Shown piece after piece: positions 1-13,813 of a DNA stretch of 64,000 nt (position 1 is its first letter; the number at the start of each line of letters is the position of its first letter). Below the pieces are notes generated by a model, which saw only the letters and a program-made list of their open reading frames with translations, was not told where the DNA came from and searched no databases. Origin of the DNA: Octopus vulgaris (taxonomy: Eukaryota); contig OX597835.1 of assembly GCA_951406725.2 (NCBI GenBank), forward strand, positions 26,536,001-26,600,000, read 5' to 3'. A program made the position numbers and the translations under genes.

Positions 1-168
1 TATTTAATTATTTATTTTTTTATTTATATTTTTATTTATTTATTTATTTATTTATTCATTTATTTTTTAAATATTTTTATATTTTTATATTTATTTATTT
101 ATTTATTTTTTAATTTTTTATAAACTATCAAAAAGTATTAAAAGTTTAATAAGATAAAGAGTAAAAAC

Positions 169-260
169 ACTACGATCGTTTCATGCCCGTAACCAATTCG
201 AATAACAATAATTTAAATTCAATTAATAATTCGAGTTATGGTTACAGTCAATCTTCAGGT
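169..260 (-). ncRNA. Type I hammerhead ribozyme motif with long stem II (PLE-type)
   Basis: Minus strand reads AC-CTGAAGA-TTGACTGTAACC...GGTTACGGGCAT-GAAAC-GATC-GTA-GT. Core is intact, stem II pairs, stem III is palindromic, stem I is only 2 bp. Confidence 0.65.
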
Positions 261-1184
261 TAATTGTAATATTTTAATAAATAATCAAAAATATTTAAAC
301 AACATTTTTTAAAGAAATAAATAATATAATAAATTTTCTTATAAAAAACTCTATTATGAAACTAGAAACTTAACGATTATGATTATGTCAAAACAACGAT
401 TATAATGTTAAATATTAATTTTAATTTTTAAGTATTAATTTTTAAGGTAAGAAACTCACCAATAATCTAATATCAGTAATAGTCAATATCTAATTACATA
501 AATATTTTACAAAAAATAATGATTATTCATATTATTAAAATATAAAATTTAAATAATATATAAATTATCAATGAAAATATATAAATGTATATAAATATAT
601 AATTAAGATCTAAATAATTTCTATAAATAAATATATATGCACATATAATAAAGACCTAATAAATTTATTTTTCATATTTAAAGATGAAATAGCTAATTTC
701 AAAAATACAAACAAACCATCTTAAACGAACGCTATAGTAAATTAACTATCTTTATCTCTTTGGCTAAATAATAACCTTCAAAAATCTTATCTTTAAAGTA
801 CTTAAAGAAATAATCAATTCGTAGTTATATAGTAACAAACAAATACTATAAATATATTTATCAATGGGAATAATGTAACTAGCAAATAACAATTTACAAA
901 AACAATATATAAGTTAAAATAATAATTATAAGAAATTTAAAACTACAATTAATGCTATTAATACATGTATATACATGAATCTAACTCATACAAACTCATA
1001 TACTTGCTATCAAACAACATATCTATCGCTAAGTAAATTCTTACGAATAAACCTAAAGTTAATATTTAATAATTATATAGAAAATTACGATAATTGAATA
1101 AACAACGATATATACATAAAAAAACAATAATATCATACCATAAGACTTATAAATATTAAAATTTAAAGATCTTAAATATAAATA

Positions 1185-1500
1185 TATGTATTAAGAATCT
1201 GGGTTCTTTACCAACAGTATATTGGATAAATACTATCCCATAGTGGGATGTATATATATAGTAAGATAGGGGTTATGGGTGTAACCCACTATGGGATAGT
1301 ATTTATCCAATATACTGTTGGTAAAGTACCCAGATTCTTAATACATAAATGTTTTTAATTGCAATGCAATTAACTCATTTATTATATTAAACGGGTGAAG
1401 GTAGAGAAATATTTTTACCGTAAATTTATAATACAAATGAGGAAATGGAGAAACAAATTTAGTTTGTTCATCAGCTTTCGGATATTAGAATGTCGGATTA
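1185..1500. mobile_element. PLE terminal-repeat fragment with fold-back (63-bp arms 1185-1247 / 1285-1347)
   Basis: Arms differ at one position. The minus strand of 1261-1500 resembles the 3' tail of the PLE at 47000-47230 (gtttctccatt...aatttacggtaa...cagtatattggata...atccca...gtggg...aacccctatct). Confidence 0.65.
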
Positions 1501-1640
1501 TTTATTCATTTAACAGTGAACTAACCCCCACATCAGTGAACTAACCCCCCAGGACGCCATGATAGATCTTTAGCTCTTACACGCATTTTTTTCCCTCCTT
1601 TTTTTCTCTCTTTGTTTCTCTTCTTGTCTTTTTCTGTGCA

Positions 1641-1678
1641 TCTTTCTGTCGAAGAGCGTAGGCTTGAAACGTAAAAGA
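1641..1678 (+). ncRNA. Minimal hammerhead-like motif with variant core, in a short (TA)n-tailed repeat (about 1580-1770)
   Basis: TCTTT-CTGTCGA-A-GAGC-GTAG-GCTT-GAAAC-GTA-AAAGA. Stems I and II pair, but the core is CUGUCGA rather than CUGANGA. A decayed relative lies at about 28300-28425. Confidence 0.5.
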
Positions 1679-1767
1679 CTTTTTCTATTCCTGAGCGCTA
1701 TACTAATACATTTGTTTGTTTGTACTTCACCTGCCTTCGTCTTTTGTTTATGTTCGTAATACTTTCC

Positions 1768-1770
<3 letters not shown>

Positions 1771-1860
<90 letters not shown>

Positions 1861-2280
1861 TACAGACACATATGAGTACAGGAATGAAAGTATATTTTTT
1901 CATTCGTGTCTGGGTATTTTCTTATTCCGTCACAAGCCAAAAGTTTTTTCCGTATTGCTTTTTTCGGTTTACTGTTTTGCATGAAAAATTGTTTGCTATA
2001 ATTCTTTCCTTATTCTAATTTTACCAACAGCATCTCTATACCATGGACTCTTATGTTGCCATACATTTAAACGGCTTCACATAGCTTCAGAGTTTTGTAG
2101 GGGTTTTTTCTTTTTTTTTTTTTTCACTTTGATTTTATTTCTCCAGAACCTCCTTGGCGAAAGATTTAAGCCGCCATAAACTGCTATGAGATTAACTGCT
2201 AAAAACACGCTGCTAAATCCGCCTAGTGGGTATACGCAAAATATTTTTATCTTAATATCAAGCTTGATTTTAATTCCAGT

Positions 2281-2378
<98 letters not shown>

Positions 2379-2406
2379 TGTGTATATGTATACATGTATG
2401 TATGTA

Positions 2407-2437
<31 letters not shown>

Positions 2438-2614
2438 CTATATATATGTATATATGTATGTATGCATGTACGCATAAAATATATTTTTTTGGTAAAATAA
2501 TTCGTTTCTTTTATGCAGTATCTAGTAATTCCTTTTCCAAGGAAATGTATTCTAAATAATGACTGCGAAATATCCATCGATATAATAACTATATGTACAT
2601 ATATACATGCATAC

Positions 2615-2679
<65 letters not shown>

Positions 2680-2792
2680 TATACATACATATATATATAT
2701 ATATATGCATATATACATACACGCACATATATATATATATTATATATATATATATATATGTATATATATGTGTGTTTGTATCTCTCTCTCTC

Positions 2793-2842
<50 letters not shown>

Positions 2843-2850
2843 TATATAAA
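1771..2850. repeat. (TA)n, (CT)n and (TG)n microsatellite cluster
   Basis: Directly visible dinucleotide tracts; source of the YIYI/CVCV ORFs. Confidence 0.95.
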
Positions 2851-3396
2851 CACGCATGCAAACATACCAGGATGTTTATTCCTTTAATGGCTCACAAAAT
2901 TGTACTCACGCAATTAGAAGCCGAGGCATGTGCACTAAAACCACACAGAGACGGGCTTAAATATATTCAGTCCCATATACATGATGCATAAAGATACAAA
3001 ACCAAAGCGCGCGCATACACACACAGAGGACCACACACGCACCAAAACTTACACAGTCAAACAAACATGCATACACCGCTTTATGTTATACATACAAATG
3101 TCAGTGCGTACTTATTCGTATCTGTTTGTACGGGAGTGTGAGCTTGCGTGTTAATATTTGCTTTCTTTATTCGTTAAATAACAATTGCAGAAACCGTGAG
3201 GCGAAAACAATCAATCGATTCGAATCGATATTTTCTCGCCGGAATTTCTAGATGCCTTTACGTTTTTTTGCCTGCTTTCGTAAATTATTGGATTTTCGTC
3301 TACGCTGCAGTGAGCGTGGGACGGCGGCCATATTGCTGGCAGTGAAGTCACTTAAAGACACAACGCAAGCCAAGCAGAAACGGAAGAGCAGAAAAG

Positions 3397-3427
<31 letters not shown>

Positions 3428-3688
3428 GACAAAAACCCACAAAAACAACACCATGTGTCTTGTCTTGAAATTTAGAGGCGGTTTTCACATAAAGCAATAG
3501 GAAACTCTATGTGAACGTACGTGCATGTGTGTGCATGTGCGTGCGTGTGTGCGCGTGTGTGTGGGTGTGCATGTGTCTCTGTGCATGTGTCTCTGTGCGT
3601 GTGTGTGTACATATATATAGATGTGTGTATGTATAGAGAGAAATAGATAATCAGATACATGTATAAATATGTACGTATGTGTGTCTGT

Positions 3689-3745
<57 letters not shown>

Positions 3746-3857
3746 TATATACATATATTTATACGCATATATATATATTTAAACATATATGTATATGCAT
3801 ATATGTTTCTATACATATTTGAATATATATATATATATATATGAAATGTATATACAT

Positions 3858-3946
<89 letters not shown>

Positions 3947-3981
3947 CTACATAAGTATGTATATACATATATACATACCTA

Positions 3982-4138
3982 GGAGTGGGTGTATGATAAG
4001 TACCTTGCCTACCAACCACGTGGTTCCGGGTTCAGTCCCATTGCGTGGCACCGTGAGCAATCGTCTTCTACTATAGCCACGGGCCAACCAAAGCATTGTG
4101 AGTGGATTTGGTAGACAGAAACTGAAATACGCTCGTCG

Positions 4139-4140
<2 letters not shown>
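3982..4140 (+). mobile_element. SINE family A, tRNA-derived head
   Basis: Matches the better copies at 11663, 53570 and 60296 (tggttccgggttcagtcccattgcgtggcacc...gtgagtggatttggtagac). Confidence 0.85.
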
Positions 4141-4195
<55 letters not shown>

Positions 4196-4930
4196 GTGTG
4201 TATATATATATTTGCATGCATATACATATATACATACCTACATATATAGATATGTATGTGTGTTCGTGTGTGTGTATGTGTGTATGTATATGTGTATCTA
4301 TGTGTGTGTGTGTATGCATATGTGTATGTATGAATGCATGTAAATATGTATAGCTATTTCAAATAGAAAAACACACAAATCTACAGAAAGCGACACGCCT
4401 ATGTCAACAGCAAGAATTAGTAACTGCAAACACTGATGATGATGACGACGACGATGATGATGATGATGTTGATGATGATGATGATGATTGTCAAGCTTAT
4501 GATAATGATAATGATTATGATGAACAGAGGATAGAACATAAGACATACTCATGTATGTAATTTTACGTACAAATATACATATATATATAGCGTATGTATG
4601 TATGTATGTATGTATGTATGTATGTATGTATGTATGTATGTATGTATGTATGTATGTATGTATGTATGTGTGTGTGTTTGTGTGTATGTTTTAGGTGTTT
4701 TGGTGACATTTAGACATATGGTATCAGTCTTGACTATGGCTGTCATATATATATATAAAGATGTATGTGTGTGTGTGTGTGTGTGTCTGTGTGTATGTAT
4801 TTGTGGGGGGGGGGATTGAGCAAGATGCTTTTGAAGAATGAAATTCCACCATTATTTCTTCTAATGCACTGTAGTTGACCTATCGAAAAAAGGTAAACAC
4901 AAGGTAAAAAATCAAAAGCAGGCAACAAAT

Positions 4931-5591
4931 GAAGAAGAAGAAGAAGAAGAAGAAGAAGAAGAAGAAGAAGAAGAAGAAGAAGAAGAAGAAGAAGAAGAAG
5001 AAGAAGAAGAAGAAGAAGAAGAGCAACAACAACAACACTAACAATAACAATAACAAAAAATAAGAGGGAAAAAATAAGACAATAAGCTGAAGCCGAAAGA
5101 AAGTGAAATTGACTGTCAATAAAACTGAAATGTGTTTCCACCATATTGTTTATTTTTGAAGAACTTTCACTCCAAGAACTGCTTCCAAGTTTGGTCTGGC
5201 AAATGGAGAAATTAAACTCACTTTTTTGTCTTGTCTCATCTTATTGCATTTTGGCTTTTTTTCTTTGCATTATTTTTCAGGTAGCAAAAAGCAACAATGA
5301 AAAAGCAAGAAAAAAATGTAGGAGGAGGAGGTCGTGGAGGACGGGGAGGGGGAGATAGGGGAGGAAATGAGGAAGAAGAAGAAGAAGAAAAAGAAGGAGG
5401 AGAAGGCGGAAACGAGGGGGGAAGAAGAAAAATGAAGGAGGAGGGGAGGGCGGAGGAGGGGTAGGAGATGGAGGAGGAGAATGTGGTTGTGTTGGAGGTG
5501 GCGGTAGAGGAGGAAGGGGGAGAAGTGGAAGAGGAAAAACGAGTAAAAGGAAGATGACGAGGAGGTGGAAGAAGAAGACGAGGAAGAAGAA

Positions 5592-5622
<31 letters not shown>

Positions 5623-5900
5623 AAGAAGAAGAAGAAGAAGAAGAAGAAGAAGAAGAAGAAGAGGAGAGGAGGAGATGGGAAAGGGAATCAGAGGAGCAGA
5701 AATAGAAAGAGAAAAAAGGAAGGAAGGAAGGAAGGAAGGAAGGAAGGAAGGAAGGAAGGAAGGAAGGAAAGAAGAAGAAGAAGAAGAAGAAGAAGAAGAA
5801 GAAGAAGAAAAAGAAGAAGAAAAAGAAGAAGAAGAAGAAGAAGAAGAAGAAGAAGAAGAAGAAGAAGAAGAAGAAGAAAGAGAAAAAAGGAAAGAAGAAC
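4931..5900. repeat. (GAA)n/(GGAA)n polypurine tracts
   Basis: (GAA)n at 4931-5021 and a purine-dominated tract at about 5320-5895. Confidence 0.95.
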
Positions 5901-6584
5901 AATGAATAACAACAAAATGAAACAATAAATATGCTAAAATAATTTCTCGTGGAAAAGCGAGAACTTGTCTTTATTTATTTATTATTTTTTTTTTTTCGTT
6001 GTGCAGTGCAGTCTGGAAAACTTTTCCTTACCAAAATTAATTCCATAGAAGTGTTGGGTAAATATTCAATTTTCAGCTCGCTCATGGATTCTCCATTGAA
6101 GTTCTGTCTTTGGAATTAAAGTGCTGCTGTCTAATAAAGTGCCGTTTCTGTCTTGAATTGCTAACATCTGAGATGTTACGTTGTAAACATTTGTGTTATA
6201 TTCTAAATAATAGCACTTTGTTATATTCTGCAATCTATAGTATTGAATTACGATTACAGGTTGTCCTGTAATGCAATTTCCTGCTGCAGTATGTTGCAGT
6301 ATGATGCAATTATTTACTGGAACCAAAAATTAGTTTTCTGTCGCAATTTATCGTACTTTGATATTGCAACGATGTGCAATGTTTTATTGTAATTAAGGAC
6401 ATTGTTACGTTTCAGTTATGTAATTTTTCTGCTGCAACAATTTACAGTTTATATTGCATTTACGTGCATTATATCGGCAGCAAAATGCACTTCCGTAATT
6501 GCTCTTAGCAAAACAATGAACTGCAACCGGATTGCGAGGCTCCGGATCGAGTGTTCAAGACTTTGGTGGAGAGTGGAGTTAATC

Positions 6585-7150
6585 TTTTGCCAAGCTTACT
6601 CCAAAGTCAGATCTGTCTAATGCTAGTTGCCCCTAGTTATGTGCGAAATATCAGTACATCATCTCGTGAATAAGTCATACGAGACACTGATGAGAACTGA
6701 ACCTTTGTCAAACCCTAGTCACATGGTACACAGAACCACTAGTTTCTACACAATTTTTTTTAATAATATTTTTTGTTGTTTTTATAAAATCTCAGAAAAT
6801 AATTTAAAATTCACATTTTTTGTCAAATTATTCTGTTATATTTGTCTATCTATCTAACTGTAAACATTTTAGATATTTCACTAACTTTTTGTTATAACTT
6901 GGTAAAAGGGTACATTTTTTGCCAAAAATTGCCAAATTTGTTCCCACAGTCTTCTTTATCCACAACCAGAATCGTAAACTTTCTCTTGAAAATATTTCAA
7001 ACTAGTCAAAGCTGAGAGTTTGACAGAGACATTTTTGGGAAGAAATATAATTATTTCTGAGATTTTACAAAAACAACAAAAATATTATTTTTTAAAAATT
7101 TGACTAAGAGCCAACTGAAACCCTGTGCTCTGGGGATAAGCTTGGGAAAG
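6585..7150. mobile_element. Old MITE-like element with nested inverted repeats
   Basis: 6755-6805 (aataatattttttgttgtttttataaaatctcagaaaataatt) is inverted at 7048-7100. Outer ccaagctta / taagcttgg pair. Confidence 0.5.
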
Positions 7151-7523
7151 CTAGAACCTAGAAGAGTAAACTATAAATATAAACAGGTGAAAGACAACAA
7201 ATAACCATTCTTGCATTTTTCCCAAGAAACATCAAGATTCTTCAGATTTTCGCATGGTGTAGGCCTATATTAACCGACGCCTATACGCATGGTACATAAA
7301 GATATTGCAGTAAAGGGCAGTTCTGAATGGCAGCTATGCACTCTATTCTACTGTACTTAACATCACAATGTTTAGTGCTTATAATTAATTTGTGTTTATG
7401 TTTTGTTTTATCTTCTTATGTTTGAATCGACGCAAGTCATCAGCAGGACTCAACAGATACATAGGACATGACTAATGCTTTATTTTACTGAGCCCCCATT
7501 GGTCGTTCACGACAACAGAATCC

Positions 7524-7552
<29 letters not shown>

Positions 7553-7555
<3 letters not shown>

Positions 7556-7710
7556 CGATGAGCTTCTTTCAGTTTCCGTCTACCAAATCTACTCACAAGG
7601 CATTGTTCGGCCCGAGGTTACAGTAGAAGACACTTGCCCAAGGTGGCACGCAACGGGACTGAACCTGGAATCATGTGGCTGGTAAGCAAACTACTTACCA
7701 CACAGCCATG
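7553..7710 (-). mobile_element. SINE family A head
   Basis: Reverse complement of the family A head (ggctgtgtggtaagtag...ttgggcaagtgtcttctact). Confidence 0.9.
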
Positions 7711-7732
7711 TATGCATACATACATACATATA

Positions 7733-7790
<58 letters not shown>

Positions 7791-8884
7791 GACATACATA
7801 CACACAATGATACATAGATACAAATACATACATACATACATACATACATACATGCATTCATACATACATTCATTCATACATACAAGCATACTTGCAGACA
7901 TATTTACATACATGCATACATACAAAGATGCAGAAACGTAGATATGGATATGAAAAATATGTGAGTGTGTGTGATTGTGTGTGTTTGTGTGTGTGTGTGT
8001 GTGTGTGAAAGACCATAAGCTTAATTTCACCACTAATCCATCCGTCAGACTAATATATCTCTCAAAATCTGATTTAGGCATAATTAGGAAGCATTTCAAT
8101 GGCGAATACATATCCACAATAAGGAAAACAAATTTAATTTATAGTTTGGCTCTTATGAAGCAAAAAATTGGTTCACTGATATTAGGGATAAACAAAAAAA
8201 CCAACTCAAATTCATTCAATTAGATATTTCAAACTATTACGCATCTATTAACCCTGTTCTTTTCAACGAAGCACTAATATTAGCTAGACTTTCCGCGAAT
8301 GAGGTGACCTTTAGCAAAAATGGAAAATATTATAATCCACTGGCAGAAGCAGGATATAGTGCAGTGCTCTGCAACCAGCATACCGCGGCACATTTGTGTG
8401 CCATGATACGATGCTAAGTGTGCCGCACTGTAGCGTGAATGTAATTTTTTCCCTATACTTTTAGCTATATTTTTAATTCAGTTGTGCCGCCCAAATTATC
8501 GCAGCACTTAATATTTGGAAAATATCTGAATTCCATAAGGTTAAAATCTCTGGTAAAATCGATAATGAAAATAATAATCATAAAGATAACAACCAGTAAC
8601 AAGGAGTAGAAGACATAAATAAGGGACTTGGGCGGATTTTGAACACTGCAATCGATGACAATGCGAGTGAAATATATAAGCTAATTGAAGTGAAGAGTGG
8701 AAGGGGGGCAACCAATCTAATAGCAAACAGATTAATTTAAGTGATAAATTAAATAAATTGATTAATAAATGAATCAATTGTAATAATTAATAAATCAATT
8801 GTAATAATTAATAAATCAATTGTAATTATTGTAATAAATTAAGGACAGAATAGGGCGCAAATTCTGGAGTATAGCCTAACTGAG

Positions 8885-9172
8885 AGGAGGCACATGACCT
8901 AGTGGTTAGAGCAGTGGACTCGCGGTCGAGGGATCGCTGGTTCGAATCTCAGACCAGGCGATGTGTGTGTTTATGAGCGAAACACCTAAGAAGGTAATGG
9001 CGAACTTCTGCTGACTCTTTCGCCACAACTTTCTCTCACTCTTTCCTCCTGCATCTTGCGACGTTACCAGTGACGGGCCGGCATCCCGCCCAGGTGGGGA
9101 ACCTATACGCCAAGGAAACCGAGAAAGAGGCTCTTATGAGCCAGGTGTGGATTGAGAAGGAACAAACAACAA
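8885..9172 (+). mobile_element. SINE family C (tRNA-derived)
   Basis: A/B-box-like head (tgacctagtggttagagc...ggttcgaatctc) homologous to 35749-36132; (AAC)n-like tail. Confidence 0.8.
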
Positions 9173-9422
9173 TAACTATAGATCATTAGGAGGATATATG
9201 AAGGATGTTCCTAATCCTAATCCCATTAGTATTGGTAGAGCTAAAATGTCACTAAAAATCTTTGTTTCTGTGACAAGAATTCTTGTATTGGCTTTAGAAA
9301 ACAGCCTAATATTGGGACATATCAGACTTCTATAGTCAATATACGGTAAACGCTTATAAGCATTAAGGTTGTAATTACTGTTTACAAAATGTTCACTCTT
9401 CATGTTTTTTTTATTTTACGCA

Positions 9423-9461
<39 letters not shown>

Positions 9462-9474
9462 AAAGTCAAAATGC

Positions 9475-9516
<42 letters not shown>

Positions 9517-9701
9517 TCAAAATAGAAAATACTAAAAAAAAGATTATAAAATATATTTCAGTACCGGTTTCAGTCATTGAAACTTTTTCAACTGTAAGTA
9601 TGGGGAAGAATTAAAAGAAAAGTTTTTTAAAAGAATATTTGCATACATTAAAGAGCTTTGTTTATGAGTACCACCATATTACTTGAAATATATTTTGTGA
9701 C

Positions 9702-9751
<50 letters not shown>

Positions 9752-9792
9752 ATGTGTGTGTTTGTGTGTGTGTGTGTGTGTATGTGTGTATA

Positions 9793-10021
9793 CAGTAATC
9801 CCTCGACTATCGTGGGTTTTACCTTCCAAAAAGAAAAAAACCCGCGATTGGTGAAAATCCGCGAAGTAGAAACAGTACTGTGCTGTGTAATTTTTAAAAT
9901 TATTTTTATAATTTGTATATATTTATTTTATCATAAATGCAAAACAACACCATGGAGGAATCAGCGTAAGCTTAGATAATAAACCGTGATAGGTGAACCG
10001 CGATAAGACTAGGGATTATTG
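9793..10021. mobile_element. pogo/Tigger-like MITE
   Basis: TA|CAGTAATCCCT...AGGGATTATTG|TA: terminal inverted repeats with a TA target duplication. Second copy at 39429-39681. Confidence 0.85.
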
Positions 10022-10027
10022 TATACG

Positions 10028-10152
<125 letters not shown>

Positions 10153-10499
10153 TGTTGTAGGTATGTATGCACAGAAAGGCATAAATGCACAGACCCACAC
10201 GCATACAGGTAATTAGTTTTTCACTCTAGAACTCGAAATACGTTAAGGTATAAATATTGTCAGGTAAATATTGGTTTAAAAAACACTTTGGGATATTTAC
10301 ATGCTATTATTTCGTAGCTCCTCCAAAATGTTATTTCAGGTGAAGCATTTTTAGACGCTTATGTTTATCAAGAATGAGTAGTTTAGCGTTCAGCTTTACC
10401 TTGAAGGAATTGTTAATATCTTGAAATACATCTTTCAAGAAATGTTTTGGTTGTAGTAATTTTGTACCATTGTTGTTGAAAATTCTATTCATATTATAA

Positions 10500-10872
10500 A
10501 TCCTTTCTATTATTGGAACAAGGCCTGCAATTTTGGGGCAGGGATTAAGTCGATTACATCGACCCCAGTACGCAATTGGTACTTAATTTATCGACACCGA
10601 AAGGAGGAAAGGCAAAGTTGACTTCGACGGAATTTGAACTCAGAACGTAAAACTGAGAAATGCCACGAAGCATATTACCTGGTGTGCGAACGATTCTGCC
10701 CGCTCACCGACGGACACAGTCCGAAATTTTGTGGGAAGGAGCTAGCCGATTACATCCACCCAAGTGCTCAACAAGTACTAAATTTATCGATTCTAAAAGG
10801 ATAAAAGGCAAAACCGACCCCAGCGGAATTTGAACTCAGAACGTAAAACTGCGAGAAATGCTGCAAAGCAGT
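10500..10872 (-). mobile_element. Two tandem SINE family B copies (diverged)
   Basis: Reverse complement of the family B core gagttcaaattccgccgaggtcgactttgcctttcatcctttcggggtcgataaa, present twice. Confidence 0.85.
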
Positions 10873-11419
10873 TTTATCCTCCAGCACATTGCCTTCCGTC
10901 TGTATTTTAATAACACAACTCAGTCATCAAAGATCGTTCTAGCATAAAACTGATATAGGTTTCATAACTATTACTTCAGATTCGTTCCATGAAATTAAAA
11001 TTCGGATGATCATTACTGATCGGTTGCGACTTTAATTAATAAACTAACTCTGTTTTACGTATTTATTCTCTCCGTTAAACCAATTAATGCTCTTAAAATA
11101 TCTCTGTAAATTAATATTTCAACATTTAACTGCTAATTTAAATAACATTCAAGAATGACCTATAAAACAGACGTTTTCTGCAGCAGGAGTCAATGACCCT
11201 ATCAGCAATGGCCACCATTTTGTTATAATATTTTACTGGAGACACAGAACCTAGGCATTCGATATTTTCATAGATCAAACGCTTCAACTATACTTTAGAA
11301 GAACCTGTTTTTTTTTTCAGTTTTCTTTCATTATTTTTTTCAGAAATTTTAAAAATTATAATTTGATTAATAAACAAAAGAAATTTATTTAAGTTTCAGA
11401 ATTTTAAAACAGGTAAACA

Positions 11420-11571
11420 TAAGTGTGGTTGAGAAGTTCACTTGCCAACCACGTTGTTCCGAGTTTAGTTCCACTGCATGGCACCTTCTGGCAAGCGTCT
11501 TCTACTATAGCCACGGGCTGACCAAAGCCTTGTGGGTGTATATGGTAGACAGAAACTAATAGAAGCCTGCC

Positions 11572-11664
<93 letters not shown>

Positions 11665-11827
11665 CGCAGGAGTGGCTGTGTAGTAAGTAGCTTGCTTACC
11701 AACTACATGGTTTCGGGTTCAGTCCCACTGCGTGGCACCTTGGGCAAGTGTCTTCTGCTATAGCCTCGGGCCGACCAAAGCCTTGTGAGTGGATTTGATA
11801 GATAGAAGCTGAAAGAAGCCCGTCGTA

Positions 11828-11889
<62 letters not shown>

Positions 11890-12103
11890 TATATATGTGT
11901 GTGTGCATGTTTGTGTGTCTGTGTCCCCCCCAACATCGCTTTGCAACCGATGCTGGTGTGCTTGCGTCCCCGTAACTTAGCGGTTCGGCAAAAGAGACCG
12001 ATAGAGTAAGTACTAGGCTTACAAAGAATAAGTCCTGGGGTCGATTTGCTCGACTAAAGGTGGTGATCCAGCATGGCCGCAGTCAAATGACTGAAACAAG
12101 TAA
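11420..12103 (+). mobile_element. SINE family A: diverged head (11420-11575) plus full-length copy (11663-12103) with internal (TA)n
   Basis: Head ggcgcaggagtggctgtg..., then (TA)n/(TG)n, then tail ...cttagcggttcggcaaaagagaccgatag...gcatggccgcagtcaaatgactgaaacaagtaaaa. Confidence 0.92.
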
Positions 12104-12193
12104 AAAAAAAAAATATTCAATATGTGACCGCGTGTGTATCGTTGGAGATTTTCTTTCTCCGTCTTCCCTTCCTTGAACCTTTCCGTTTTCTAT

Positions 12194-12228
12194 ATTTCTG
12201 ACGAAGAGTTCCGCTCGAAACGTTAAAT
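12194..12228 (+). ncRNA. Minimal type I hammerhead motif in a short (TA)n-tailed repeat (about 12120-12330)
   Basis: ATTT-CTGACGA-A-GAGT-TCC-GCTC-GAAAC-GTT-AAAT. Same repeat family as 32245-32470. Confidence 0.7.
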
Positions 12229-12322
12229 CCTCCTTCTTTCTTTCCTTTCCTGAGCATCCAATAACACTATACTTGTTTCACGTCCTCCCGTTGTTGTGTT
12301 TTCTCTTTGTTCATGTTTGGAT

Positions 12323-12381
<59 letters not shown>

Positions 12382-12656
12382 GTGTCTTTGTGTTTGTGCC
12401 TCACTACCGCTTGTCAACTTGTGTGTCCCTGTAAAAAAGTACCAGGCTTTACAAACTGTACTAGGGTCGAGTTGATCGACTAAAATTCTTCAAGGCGGTG
12501 CCCCAGCATAACCGCAGTCTAATGGGTGAAACGAGAGAAAGATAACTTCAGAAAATTAATACAATTTTAAATAGACGTCTAACAAAAACTACAGATTGCA
12601 AAGAAGCATTAGTCTCCTGTTATTTAATCTGATGCGTATATCCAATTTGTATGTAG

Positions 12657-12693
<37 letters not shown>

Positions 12694-13094
12694 TGTCGAA
12701 ACAGGGGCAGCTGAAGAAGGGGAATGTTCCTTGTGCTGTTTGTCTTGTACTCTGTTTTTTCGTTGTTAAAAAAGTTCGTTTCCTTGTTTTGTTTTTATGT
12801 TTTCGTTTCTCGTTGTGTTCTACGTTTATATGTGGTGTCCTGTACTCATATATGCATGCATATATACATATAGATGTAGGTATGTTCATATATGTATATA
12901 TGTATGTATGTTTTTTTTATTTATTAAATTGTTATTATATGATTGAACGCACGCGTCATCTTCTTCCAAGTAAGTCTTCGCGCCAAAGTAAAGGCATTTG
13001 AAAGATATATTCAAATGTAATAGGCTGAACTCCATGCACGCGATATTTCGGTATCGTGTTTGCATCTAGTCCAGCAAATTACATTTATAACGGA

Positions 13095-13159
13095 CCATGC
13101 TGATGATGGCTGCAGTTTTCCTTGCGGAAAATAACAGCTGAAACTAAGTTAGTACATGG
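13095..13159 (+). ncRNA. Type I hammerhead ribozyme, copy 1
   Basis: CCATG-CTGATGA-T-GGCTG..TTTTCC-TTGC-GGAAAA..CAGCT-GAA-ACTA-AGT-TAGT-A-CATGG. All three stems pair; predicted cut after GUA at 13154. Confidence 0.85.
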
Positions 13160-13594
13160 GTAATTATTTTATTTCGTATATTTTTCACTTGTTTATTGCT
13201 ATGGTTTTGTGTTGAGTTTGATCTGAGAACATAATCTTTTGTGGTGATTTGACGTCTATATCTAGCATGTTGACTGTCCACTTTTCGTGTTCAGTCCTTA
13301 ATTGGTATATATAAATATTTTAATCTTCGGATTCTTTTTTAATATGCTAGACCACTGGTCTTAATTGATAAATATCAATTTCTACCCTTAATTAATTTTA
13401 TATAAATAAATATGTTCTCTAACCGATAAATTAACTGCTGCTAATTATTAGCTGCAGGCTAGTTTTCTCGGGTTTCAACGCGCCAAAGTAAAGGCATTTG
13501 AAAGATATATTCAAATGTAATAGGCTGAACTCCATGCACGCGATATTTCGGTATCGTGTTTGCATCTAGTCCAGCAAATTACATTTATAACGGA

Positions 13595-13659
13595 CCATGC
13601 TGATGATGGCTGCAGTTTTCCTTGCGGAAAATAACAGCTGAAACTAAGTTAGTACATGG
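13595..13659 (+). ncRNA. Type I hammerhead ribozyme, copy 2
   Basis: Identical to 13095-13159; predicted cut after 13654. Confidence 0.85.
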
Positions 13660-13813
13660 GTAATTATTTTATTTCGTATATTTTTCACTTGTTTATTGCT
13701 ATGGTTTTGTGTTGAGTTTGATCTGAGAACATAATCTTTTGTGGTGATTTGACGTCTATATCTAGCATGTTGACTGTCCACTTTTCGTGTTCAGTCCTTA
13801 ATTGGTATATATA

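Larger units (their letters stand above)
12979..13813 (+). mobile_element. HHR-bearing direct repeat: two identical ~335-bp copies, period 500 bp (PLE pLTR-derived or retrozyme-like)
   Basis: 12979-13313 matches 13479-13813 by eye. Each copy contains a hammerhead. The spacer and repeat start are homologous to 28890-29100 (minus). Confidence 0.85.

Noticed and set aside
8885-8960. tRNA gene-like sequences (also 36060-36132 and 52975-53045)
   Set aside because: They are SINE heads: no complete cloverleaf, and they continue into SINE bodies with tails or TSDs.
9545-9596. HHR-like remnant on the minus strand (CAG-TTGAAAA-AGT..ACT-GAAAC-CG-GTA-CTG)
   Set aside because: The core has two substitutions; probably a dead copy, so it was not counted.
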